The notes under the pieces are model-generated. The model made no database searches. It was given only the letters and a program-made list of their open reading frames with translations, and was not told the origin of the DNA. Below are positions 30,130-52,957 of a DNA stretch of 64,000 nt, one piece after another. Source of the stretch: Vicugna vicugna. Its lineage: Eukaryota. The DNA lies in the NCBI GenBank assembly GCA_013265495.1, contig MU057822.1, forward strand, positions 33,133 to 97,132. Reading direction: 5' to 3'. Made by a program: the position numbers and the translations under genes. Numbering within the stretch: the first letter of the stretch is position 1; the number at the start of each line of letters is the position of its first letter.

Positions 30130-30699
30130 CCCAGAAGGGCTCATAGTATGATGCCCCAAAATATGCCATGTTGGCACTAGGATTATTTTGAGATGAAGGT
30201 AACTGAGAAACAGCAGATCCAGGAAAAGTTCTCTGCCCTCCCCTTATCTGCCTAAAAGTAGGGCATGGATTTTCCTTTAAGGAATGTGTCCCTCTGTCTC
30301 ATGAAGAAGAGACTAACTTTTAGCACTAGAGACTGGGGTCACACTGAGATGGAGCTGCATAGACAGACCTCACTAAAATAACCCTTATCGTCCATTAGTT
30401 TCCCCATACATTTCCTAGTCACTTTTCCAGAATTTATCACCCCTAGAAGCCCAGGTCTCCTTCCCTTTGTCTAGTCACTTCTCCACAGTGTATTGCCCTT
30501 TGTTAAAATGGTATATAAGCCCCCGTGTCTAGCTGCTTCTTTGAGTTTTCACTTCTTTTTTGGGGAAGCTCCCATGCACACAAACATGCTAACATCAATA
30601 AAAATTGTACTTATTTTCTTCTACGCGTTGTCAGTTTAATTTGCACATCCCCAGAGACAGAACATAAGCGGGTGGAGGAAAAGCTTTTCCTTTCCTACA
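30130..30699 (+). mobile_element. ERV1 solo LTR (MER34/MER39-like)
   Basis: ccccaaaatatgcc..ggattattttgagatgaagg..; TATAAG at about 30515, AATAAA at about 30597, ends ..cctaca; 5' boundary uncertain. Confidence 0.7.
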
Positions 30700-31549
30700 A
30701 TCCCAGGTGTGGAGTTAATTGTGAAAAGGGCAGGAGGTGGGTTAGCAGCCTTTGCTCCACCCACCAGGGAGCATCTTGCAGCTGGTTTGACTCTTGAATG
30801 TTACTGCTTCATCCAATTCAGCACCTTCAGCCGCTGTGCCTGACAAGTGGCTCAAGACAAGAAACCAACCACACAAAGAGCCCAGTGCACACTTTGTCCT
30901 GCCTCATCTTGACTTTCAAGGAGCTTTGTGTGTTCTATGAAATGCTAATCCTCCAGGGTGAAATCCAACCTGGTTTATCCTCAGAGCTACCAGGGCCTGC
31001 AGTGACGGTGAGCAATGAAGCACTAAATTTCTTCTCCTAAAACACAAGGGGTCTATTCAACAAACTCAGTGTTGCAGCACAAAAAGCTATTCTTGTATCA
31101 GATCAACAAAGGGAACTGGTCCAAGTGCAAGGACAATTTGAGGTTTATGTTCTGTTTTCTGTGGAAAAGTGAAACCCCAGGGAAGACCACTGGTAGGACC
31201 AAGCAAGCCCCACGAAGGGGCAGCATTTCCTAAACCTAAGTTCTGATCCAGCAGGTTGATGATGGGGCCTGGGAATCCATCCTTGACCAAGATCCCCCTG
31301 GAGAGGTTCTGATGCGATTACTGGAGGGTCGCCCACATTCTGAGAAGTACTCGATGATATCTGCCAAGGCTCAACAGCAGGTCCCATGAAAACGATCAGA
31401 TGCACAAGGTCATGACCATATAGTAAAAGAATAATTACATTTTCCAGGGTTTGGCTCAATCAGACTTTTCTTGGCCCACATAAACGCTAGTAGATAGGTA
31501 TTTATAAACAATAAATGTATGTTTAGCATCCTGAACTGTACTTTAAAAA

Positions 31550-31735
31550 AATTTTTTTTGAAGTATAGTCGATCCACAATGCTGCGCTAATTCCTGGCTC
31601 ACAGCACAGGGACCCAGCTGCACGTGTATATGCATGTTCCCCTTCATACTCTCCTAAGAGCTGCTGGAAAATATTGAATACAGTTCCCTGTGTCATACGG
31701 CAGGACTCCGTTGTCTGTCTATTCCGTATATGGTA
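31550..31735 (-). mobile_element. 5'-truncated L1 3' end, unusually GC-shifted, with TSD
   Basis: Colinear with copies at 19033 and 31862; CTGAACT(G/A)TACTTT at 31531 and 31736. Confidence 0.8.
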
Positions 31736-31849
31736 CTGAACTATACTTTTAAATAGAACATTAAGAAATAGTCATTACAGAACATTAATAAGTTGCAGTA
31801 TACAAAATCAATACACAAAAACCTGGTGTGTTTCTCTTTTTTGTAAATA

Positions 31850-32370
31850 TATATTTTATTGAAATATAGTCAGTTTACAATGTTGTGTTGATTTATGGTG
31901 TACAGCATAATGCTTCAGTCACACATGAACATATATACATATTTGTTTTCATATTCTTTTTCACCATAAGTTACTACAAGATATTGAATATAGTTCCCTG
32001 TGCTATACAGTATGAACTTGTTGTTTATCTATTTTATATATATTAGTTAGTATCTGCAAATCTTGAACTCCCAATTTATCCCTTCCCACCCCCTTCCCTC
32101 TCTGGTAACCATAAATTTGTTTTCTATGTCTGTGAGTCTGTTTCTGTTTTGTAAAAGTTCTTTGTCCTTTTTTTAGATTCCACATATAAGTGATATCACA
32201 TGGCATTTTTTTCTTTCTTTCTGGCTTGCTTTACTTAGAATGACAATCTCCAGGTCCATCCATATTGCTGGAAATGGCAGGATTTTCGTTCTTTTTTATG
32301 GCTGAGTAGTGTTCCATTGTATACATCTACTACATCTTCTTTATCCAGTCAGCTGTTAGGTGGTTTCCAT
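31850..32370 (-). mobile_element. L1 3' end (cetartiodactyl type)
   Basis: ttttattgaaatatagtc..ttttttagattccacatataagtgatatc..tggctgagtagtgttccattgt. Confidence 0.85.
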
Positions 32371-33479
32371 TATCTCACTGTTTTTAATCCATGTTACATT
32401 TTATATCATCTTGTTTCATTTTATTTATTTTAGTGGTTACTCTCTCATGCAAGTGATACTAGTTTTCTGTTTATGGGAGTGATGTAGGGTCGTCTTTTAA
32501 AATAATTTTGCTTACATGTAGATATGAGTGTGTTTGAAGAAAAATATCAAAATAATTTTACAGGTGGTGCATGGATATGTCAAAAATGAAGAAGTTGGCA
32601 CTAGACTGACTGAAATTTGGGACACATAGTTTTATTCCGACCAACAAAAATCTCAGAATCACTTAAAACTCAAATGCATCTTGCCTGAGGATTCCTAACT
32701 CTGAATATAAGCTTTGGCTGTCCACTTATTAATTTAGCAAATTCTAAGTCTTGAGCTGTGTATCTGCTTTACATACTCTTATTCCCTACCCAATACTGAT
32801 GCCAGATACACTGAGTAATTATTGATAATAAGCTGTTCCACACTTGATTGGACTCATTCCTTTGCTGGCCTGTGTGGGTGCAAAATAAGGTTTTTCTTTT
32901 GAAAATATTTTCAAATAGTTGCAATTACACTTAAACTATAAAATAAACAGTTGAAGGAGAGTTCTTTTTTTCTTTTTTTTTTTTTTAAAGTGTATTAGGA
33001 GATGCAACAGACTCCAAGTTTAGTCATTTCAGAGGGCAGAAGCAGCGGAGGAGAGCCCAGCTGGCAGGACTCAACCATAAGCATTCGTTCTTTGGTAAGG
33101 GTCTCAGGGTTTTTCTAGTTCCCTCCACCCCATGGGGGAGGGGGGAGGATTAAATCTGTCTACGGATGCAAAATACAATGGCGACCCATGATCATAATTC
33201 ATACAGCTAATTTCATGTACTTTGACCAATTCTATCACATTCCTAGCAGGTCCAAGAAATTTCCCTTCCTGTAACCTGCGGTGGGGGGACCCCAGGGTCG
33301 GGGCCTCCAAAGGAAACCATTCAGGGTTAGTTCGCTCCAGGTTGCCGCCCCTTTTTCTCGCCTAAGTAGGAAAGGAGACCCGCCTGCCCCACGCACTCCG
33401 GAGCCGGACCACCTTCTTCAGGTGTCCTTGTGAATGCAGGGCTGGGGCTGGGACTCGGGCCCTTCCCCCGGTGGGAAAC

Positions 33480-33900
33480 CCGGGCTCCACTCCCTGCACA
33501 CCCACCAGCAGCCGAGACTGGGGACTCACCTGCTGGGGTGTGGGTGGGGCAGGGCAACTTCGTTCTGAGAGTAGCCCCTCCTCTGAGGGGTGCGGAATAT
33601 GAATATGCAACACGAGCTCCTGGGCGCACACCTGGACCAGCCACGTGTTTAATATTCATGACGCTTCGTGGTTTCCCCAGGCGCTAACGAAGGGCTCGCG
33701 AGATGTTAACGGGGCGGGCTACACGAGGCAAAGCCTCCTCTGACTGGTTGCCCTTAGAGGGAGGCTGTCTTTGATTGGCTGGCATAAAGGGTGGAGCTGC
33801 AGGTTTGCCATTTGGGCGGGAGATTTGAATACCCATTTTCTTCATTTCAGGCCGTGTGGACAAGGACCTAGGCCAGCAATCCGCATTTCCCCCCAAACTG
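33480..33900 (-). promoter_or_regulatory. Second CpG-rich promoter-like module (CDE/CHR, CCAAT, GC box, CTCGCGAGA, E-box) with a minus-strand 5' splice site
   Basis: GGCGG-gaga-TTTGAA 33815-33829; ATTGG 33774; GGGGCGGG 33711; CTCGCGAGA 33695; CACGTG 33642; ACTCACCTG 33524-33532. Confidence 0.6.
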
Positions 33901-34439
33901 TGTAATTCCTTTATTTTTTACTTATTAGTACCTTACCAATACTACAACCATAAAGAACATACTCCAAACACTACTCTCAGTCTGGGAGCTCCAATCCACT
34001 CCTTTTGTAGATGTAAAAACTACTTCTGACTCCTAGTCTGAGTCCGGCCACCGCCCTAGTCTGTCCTCTGAGGGGCAGGCCTGGGGTGCGAGGACCGGCG
34101 CCTCCGCCCACCTCCTCTCAACCCCCTCGCAGCCGCGGCAAACCCAGGAATCTCTCGCGCCTAACTCCCTGTAGCGCCAGGTTTGTGGCTTAGCGGTCCC
34201 GGGCCAGCCGACGGCTGCGAGGACGGACGTGGAGGCACCGTCCAGCCCAACCCTGAAGCACACCTAGGGAGTCCCAGATCCAGTGAGAGCAGTGCGGCCG
34301 GAGGTGACCCAACCGCAGAACTCCCGACTCCTAGCTTGGGGTTTTGGTCGCTGTCTCTTGCTTGGTGTCCCGCGTCTTCGTGGTAGGTTGAGACGGCCGA
34401 GCATCTGGCCCGAGCTCTCCCAGGCCACATTCCTGTGTC

Positions 34440-34655
34440 TCCAGAGCTGGGAAAACATAGAACTCGCGCCTGCGCAGAATCTTCCAGCGATGCTGCTTCG
34501 CGCTAGACCGCGCCCCCTTTGCCTTGGTGACGCGTCATTGGTTGCCATGGAGACCGTGCTGTTAACCTCCCAGTTCTACAAGAGCCCCGAGCTCCAGCTA
34601 GGGTAAGGAGCCTCCCACCCTGAAGTTGCGTAGTAGTTCTGTCCTTGAGGTAAGT
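34440..34655 (+). promoter_or_regulatory. TEKT1: TEKT1 promoter and non-coding exon 1 with RFX X-box
   Basis: GTTGCCATGGAGAC 34541-34554; TGACGCGTCA 34528-34537; ATTGG 34537; donors GG|GTAAGG (34603) and GAG|GTAAGT (34650); CpG-rich. Confidence 0.8.
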
Positions 34656-35309
34656 AAACCCCGGCCCCACCCCATCAACCCTTTACTGCAGCCTCAGACC
34701 TACCTAAAGTCTCGTGCCCACTGGGATCAGGCCGAATTTGGGTTTAATTTCGACCTCATTTAGCCCTAACTTCGATTTCTCTGGGAGCTACTCAGACTTA
34801 TCGAGGAGTCTTGGGTTAAATTTTGAGTCCCACACGCAGACAAACTTGGCAGGGGCCATAGGAGGGACTGGATTAGGAGACCCATGTTGTCAGAGGGTGC
34901 TGGGTGACCTAGGGCTCAGCCTGGTCCAGATCTGACCCCATTTCCATCCTTGTATATTTCAAAGACTTTAGAGATCCAGAAGCCTTTAGGGACAGGTGCT
35001 CAGATTTTGGGGATGGGAATGTGGCTGGGGGCAGACTTTAGCCCTGTCTGAGGAAGGCAGTTCTCACAGACAGAGCTGTGTGCAGATGAGGTGGTGAAAC
35101 AGTCGTCTCTCTGTTGCTGCTGGCCTCTGCCTGCTGACTCCTCATACATTCTTCTTCTTGTTCTCTCCTTTTCTTTGTCCTGGGAAAGTTTTGTTTCTTT
35201 CATCTGCTGAATAGGCTCAATACCCAATTGTCAGTTTATAGATGTTATGTTTGTCCATTTTTTTAGAAACATATCTGAGTTCATCTGTTTAGCAATCCCT
35301 ACTAAAACT

Positions 35310-35760
35310 GAACACTGCCCTATGACCCAGAAATTCTAATGAGTCATAAAAAATGCATGCATGTGTTCACCAAAAAACATTTATGGGAATATTCATAGCA
35401 TTCTCATGATAGTCCATAACTGGAAACCACAAATAATAGAAAACAGAGATAAATATTGGTATATTCATCCAATGGTATACTACACTTCAACGAAAATGAA
35501 CAAACTACAGCTGAGTGATACTGATAAATCTTAGAACATGATGTTGAGTGAAAGGAGTCAGATATAGAAAGGCACATAGTGATTCCATTTATATTGAGTT
35601 CAAAAACATGAAAAACAAACTTATAGCATTAAAAGTTGGAATAGTGATCACTGCGTGGTAGGGTAGTGGGGGTGGGTGGGTGAAGAATTGTGGCCAGAGG
35701 CATGAGGTGCTGATAATGCTCATTTCTTGATCTTTAATAAAAACTGCTGTTAAAAAAAAA
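35310..35760 (+). mobile_element. Ancient L1ME 3' fragment
   Basis: ctgccctatgacccagaaattc..atgttgagtgaaaggagtcaga..gattccatttatattgagttcaaaaac. Confidence 0.7.
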
Positions 35761-35806
35761 AAGGACAACTTGCTTTCAGTGAATCTAAAAGAAATTCTAC
35801 TTTTGA

Positions 35807-47732
<11,926 letters not shown>

Positions 47733-47759
47733 GAGGAGGCTTCTCGTTAAGCCATTCTT

Positions 47760-47765
47760 AATAAA
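47760..47765 (+). terminator. TEKT1: TEKT1 polyadenylation signal
   Basis: AATAAA 27 nt after the stop, GT-rich element at about 47805-47820. Confidence 0.75.
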
Positions 47766-48180
47766 CCATGTCATAAAACAGTAGTACGGAACTCTCATTT
47801 CAGCTGGTGTGGTGGTTGTTTAAGGGTCCAATTCCCTGTATTTGCACAGGCCATTCTTATGAGATCACAGGACTTGAGGCCTGGGGGAGGGGTCCAAGAC
47901 ATTTTCATTTAGATTTATTTCAGTTCAGGGGTTGGGCTGGATCCCCTATTCAGACCACGCCCGGCTTCCTCATGAGAGGACATGCAAACATTGCTCCTGG
48001 CTCTCAAGATTTCTCTTCCCTAGAAAATAGTGCGGTGATTGCTGCCTTAGACCCCTGCCTGGTCTACAGGAAGCACGTGCAGGTCATACAGAACTTAGAT
48101 GAGAGAGGAGCAGCCCTGGGTCAGGAGTCCCCTGAGGTCTTCCCAGCATCTGTAGGCATCTCTCTGGGCCCTCTCCTGGG

Positions 48181-48625
48181 TGAAACTAAGACAGGCTGGG
48201 ACCTGGGACCCTTTACTGCAGTGCTTGCACCTGGACAAACACCTCCTCGAGCAACAGAATACAAAGAAACTATAAGGGACTAAAAATAACGGGACACATG
48301 CCCAGTCAGGGCAGTTATGAACAAGAAGATACAAAAAGGCCACAGACCAACTGCCATTTCTGAGGTGCCGGGAGCAAAAACAGGACTGCCCATGATCCCT
48401 GCACACAGCACCACCGAGGGGGTGAGCAGACCACCTAAGCCACCCTCTGGGCCTCGCCCACAGACTCGCCCCTGTTTTTACCCCATTTAAGGAACCAGCT
48501 TGCCCCTCCCCAAGCAAGGGCACCTGTTACTTGTTTTCACTCCCTCGTGCTGCAGCCTGCCTTTCTCACCTGGCCTCTTAGCAATTTCTATTGATTAAAA
48601 AGTCCAATAACCTGGGTGGGTAACA
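48181..48625 (+). mobile_element. ERV solo LTR (cetartiodactyl ERV1-like)
   Basis: TG..CA termini (tgaaactaagacaggctgggacc..gggtaaca), TATA-like TTTAAG at about 48486; no clear TSD. Confidence 0.65.
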
Positions 48626-48967
48626 AGTTGATGAGGAAGGAGAAGCCCCAAGGGCCCTCCAGCTCCTAGGAGGTCAATCCTAGTGGGAGGGGTTGAGGAG
48701 CAGGGGAACCAGGTTGCTGTTTTCTGGGGTCATGGTGTGACAAAGTCACGCGTGCACGTGCGTACACGCACACGCACACTCAGCTTGAGGGGACTGGAGG
48801 AAAGCTGACTGCTGGGCCCACATCCTTCCTTGCGTCTTTTTTGTAGGCGCAGCCAGGACTGCTGGGGACAACCAACCTTTGACGAGTCCCCCAGCACAGG
48901 TCCTCAGAAGAGGGACTCAGTGATTGCCCGGTATACGCAGCTATGAGGGAATTAGTTGAAGCAGCAC

Positions 48968-49550
48968 TTCTCAATTCTCAAACCTGGCTACATATTAGAA
49001 TCACTAGGGGAGCTTTAAAAACTATCCTGATGGCTGAGGCTCACTTCCAGAGATGCTGACTCCATTGCTTTGGGACAGGGGAGGGGAAGGGACTAGGATG
49101 TCGACATTTAAAAAAAAAAACAAAAAAACAAAAAAAAACAAAAAACACTGGAAGTGATTCCAGTTGCAGAAAGCACTGGACTAGCTGGCCAGATAAGGTG
49201 GGGGTTCTCAACCTTGGCTGCACATTGAAATCCCCAGGAAGCTGGGGGGAGGGTACAGCTCAAGTGGCAGAGCCCATGCTTAGCATGCACAAGGTCCTGG
49301 GTTCAATCCCCAGTACCTCCATTAAAAAATAAATAAGTAAACCTAATTACCTCCCCCTTGCCAAACTAAAATAATTAAATAAATAAATAAAATATTTTTT
49401 AAAAACACTCAGAGAGCTTAAAAAAAAAGATCTCCAACCTAACGATTCTGATTAAATTATGTAATTGGTCTGCCTGGGTATTAGGAGCTTTTAAAGCTTA
49501 CAGGTGTTTCTAATGTGTAGAACCGTTAGGACAGAGTTGAGAACTATTAG
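48968..49550. mobile_element. Two MER5-like hAT elements, the second interrupted by a SINE
   Basis: ttctcaaacctggctacatattagaatcactaggggagcttt; ggttctcaaccttggctgcacattgaaatc..caggtgtttctaatgtg..gttgagaacta. Confidence 0.7.
49244..49405 (+). mobile_element. Full-length tRNA-derived SINE, vic-1-like
   Basis: A box (cagctcaagtgg), B box GGTTCAATCC, A-rich tail. Confidence 0.9.
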
Positions 49551-49853
49551 GATAAGAGAATGAATGAGCGAGGAAATGAGGAAATGGGCGAAGACATCAG
49601 TATAGCTGTTTTTTATAATTTCAATGGAATACAATCTGAAAATACTGAATCACTATGTTGGAACCTGAGACTAATATAATATTGTAAATTAATTATACTT
49701 TAATAAAAAATAAATGAATGAGTGCATGAAGGAATCTACAGTCCTACACATCACTCAGAGGACCCTGTGAGAGGGTGTGCACGTGTTTGTGTGTGTGTGC
49801 GTGATACGTGTGTTTGGTTGCAGGGACGAGGCTTACCCACGTCATTTTAGCAT

Positions 49854-50185
49854 TGTAAGGCTCACATGACTAGCCAATCTGCTTAATCATAGGGTTTAAT
49901 CAGTAACTACCTGTGCGCTTGCCCCCTGCCCCAGCCGCCGGTTTCCCTGGTAACTAATGAGCCAATCTGACATCAACTCCTGCTAGAAATGGTAGCCTCC
50001 TCCTCCCCTGAGTAACCAAGCTTGTTTCCACATCCTGCTTGCTGTCCACTGTCCATGGTGTGCTGTCGCTCCAGGCATTCACTTTGGACTCGTAAGAATC
50101 TCTACCCAATAAATCATTGATGTCTTTCTTTGGGCTCGTGGCTGGGCAATTCTGAGGCCTGCAGACCTGCAGGGTTTAGCCGACA
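49854..50185 (+). mobile_element. Probable ERV solo LTR
   Basis: TGTAAG..GACA termini, two AGCCAATC boxes, AATAAA at 50108. Confidence 0.55.
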
Positions 50186-52247
50186 GAGGCCTGTAGAGAG
50201 AAAGGAACTCATGTTTTTGGAGGGTCCACTCTGTAGCAGGCATTGGTCTAAATGCCCTAAATGTATTTCCTTGTTGAATCCTCACAACCACCCTGGGCGG
50301 ATAGATCCATGATGGACCCTGTTTATAGGCATAGAGTCAAGATTCCCAGATGACTTGCCTGCAGTCACACAGGAGTCAATGGTAGAAACTGGACCAGACC
50401 CAGGTCTCCAGAAGCCAGGGCCATTCCCAAGTCCCACAGAAGTGAATGGCTCCATCTGCCCCTGGAGCCCCTTGGCCTGACCACCATTCATCCCCAGAGC
50501 CTGTCGGGCATCTAATTGCAGCTTAGCTAATAGACATCCCTGGGGGTGTGGGGCAGTCCTGTCCAGGCTTAGTGGGAGTGAGAAAGACCACATAGGGAAA
50601 GGTCCCAGGACCCAGTCAGTGGAGGTCTTGGTCCCAAAGAGCTTGCCAGGGGATCATTCTAAGGACAGGAATGTTGGCTGGACAGATGCTAAAGAATGTC
50701 TGCTGGACCAAAGGAGCCCAGAGGCCAGGCTGAGGATGGGGCAGGAGATGGGGCCAGTATAGACACACAAGGTTTCCAATTGCCTTTTATTAGGAAGGAA
50801 GTACCGACCTTTATTCTGACGTTACAACCTTCCCACAATCATGTTCACAGAAAGTGAAATCAAATTATATTATGAAATGGGAACAGATGGTAATTGTGAT
50901 TTGTCCCAACCCTTGGCAAAATAAAAAATTGACCACTCTATACTAGTATATCCAGTTTGTTGTTTGGTTAGTTGGTTATTGAGTTAAGAAATTAGAAAAC
51001 CTAGAAACTGAAGTTTTCTCTGGGGGGTTGGGGGTGGAAGCCAGCTTGTAGTGGGCTGAGGGGGAAAATAAGAGGCAAGGCAGAGGAGACAGCAGGTGTA
51101 CATCTTTTGTAGATCAGTGCTTGTTCTAAGATTGGTGGCAGCAGCATCACCTGGGAGTCAGGAAAGCAAAGTCCTGGTCCCTACCCCAGACCTACAAAGT
51201 CAGCATCTCGAGGAAAGGAAAGTGGTTGGAGAGATAAATGGGATTAAAGGATGGTTTCTGTGGTCGTTGTTGTAATGTAGAAAACACTTGAGCTTTTTTC
51301 TAACAACTTTTTATTGAAATGCAACATACCTCCAGAAAAACACACGTGTCACAAATGTACAACAGTTGGGTGCGCTTCCCTGTTGAGGAAGCCACGTAAC
51401 TAACCTCAGACTGGGAAGCAGAACACCAGCAGCCCTCTCATGCCGCCTTCTTTCTGACGTATAATGACAGAGACGAGTTTCACCTCTTCTTGGACTTGAT
51501 ATAAGTGGAAGCAAATGGGATGTGGTCTTTCCTTCCTGGCTTCTTTCACTCCCCGTGCGTTTGCAAGATCCACCTACGTTGTTGCATCTGCCTGTAGAGC
51601 CCTCGTTCTCACCGCGGCGAAGCAGTCCACCGCGACGACACCACTTACTACTGAGTGTGGGCTTCCCAATACGGGGCTGTTGCAATCAGTGCAGCTATGA
51701 ACATTCAAGTCCATGCCTGTTGTGAGCATACCTAGAACCTAGGAGAGGAATTTCTGAAGACTCGATCCTGTTTAAATGCTGTTAAGAGAGAATCAGCAGA
51801 AAAGACACGAAGCTAACAGGAGAGAAGGGGTCAGTGAGAGAAAGAGGTCCCTGGGGAGGCGGGAGGCAAGAGATGCGAGGGGTGGGGGCCAGAACCAGAG
51901 GCAGGGAATGGTTTTTCCATTGCAACAGGTGGAGCGGTGTGGAAGGCGGATTTGTAGCTGGGGGTGTGCACGGGGGGTCCTTGTGTCTGTCTTTCCCACA
52001 TGAAGTAGGACAGATGGTGTGCTGAGAGTACATGGTGGAGATTTCAGGGTCTGAAGCAGGGGAGATGGAGGTTTGAAGTGGTCATGGTAGAGCGTGGTCA
52101 GCAGACAGATGACTAAAGAACAAATGAGACTGCAGCACTCTTTGGCGCTATACGATTTTGCCACAGAACAGCTCCTTGATGTGAACCCCAGAGAGAAGGA
52201 ACTTGGAAATGCCTAGTTTCCAGGCTGTCGCTCTCCAGGTGGTCTAT

Positions 52248-52263
52248 GGCGCCACCTGCTGGA
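52248..52263 (-). promoter_or_regulatory. CTCF motif upstream of GGT6
   Basis: Reverse complement TCCAGCAGGTGGCGCC. Confidence 0.65.
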
Positions 52264-52823
52264 CAAGAGCCACATGACGTGCCCAGGGAGTTGACTTCAC
52301 CACCCAAGTTGCTCCCCAGATAGAGAAACCCAGACCTGGAGTGGCCTCTGGCTGAGCCTTAACCCCAGCTGGAGATGAGACACCCCTACACTGGAACCTA
52401 GTCACATGTTGAGCCCTGGTCCAAGCCAGTGTAACTCCAATTCTCATTCAAGCTCCCCTGGCCCTAGATTAGAGCCAGAACAGGCCAGGGGATCCAAGGA
52501 CAGCACCCCCTAAAGCGAAGGGCCAGCAGGTGCCTTGGGTCCCAGGGCCTGTGGCTGTGGCCCTAGGGCTGGGCTCCTCCTTCCTTGCTGAGCTGTGTTC
52601 CCTGACAAGGTCCCTGCCATGAGAGACCCTCAGGCCCTGTGCCCCAGTGCGGCAGGCTCACGCACTGCCTACCTGGCCCCATGCCCTGCCCAGACCTGTT
52701 CTAATTCCACACCACCCTTCCCCAAGGCTGCCTCCACCTCCCACCCACCGGCTCGGGCAGGGCCTGCCGAGACTCAGCTGGGAAGGCCGGCAGGAAGGAG
52801 GCTGGGGCAGGTGCTGTGGGGCC

Positions 52824-52957
52824 ATGGAAACCGAAGCAGGGCCTGTGCTCTACCAGAAGCTGCTGGTCTGGGAGCCAAGCTTAGAGTCCGAGGAGGAAGA
52901 GGAGGAGATATCAGAGCAGCTCATTCCGGATCCCTGGGGGCCCCAGGACTCCTCTGG
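52824..52957 (+). CDS. GGT6: GGT6 exon 1
   Basis: GCCATGG start to GG|gtgagt. Confidence 0.93.

Noticed and set aside
34547..34606. ATG within the TEKT1 X-box as an N-terminal extension
   Set aside because: Out of frame with the ATG at 35828 through either acceptor, stops at 34606 if unspliced, and probably lies at or upstream of the TSS
49244..49320. tRNA-like A and B boxes
   Set aside because: SINE head with an A-rich tail and three sister copies in the window; not a tRNA gene
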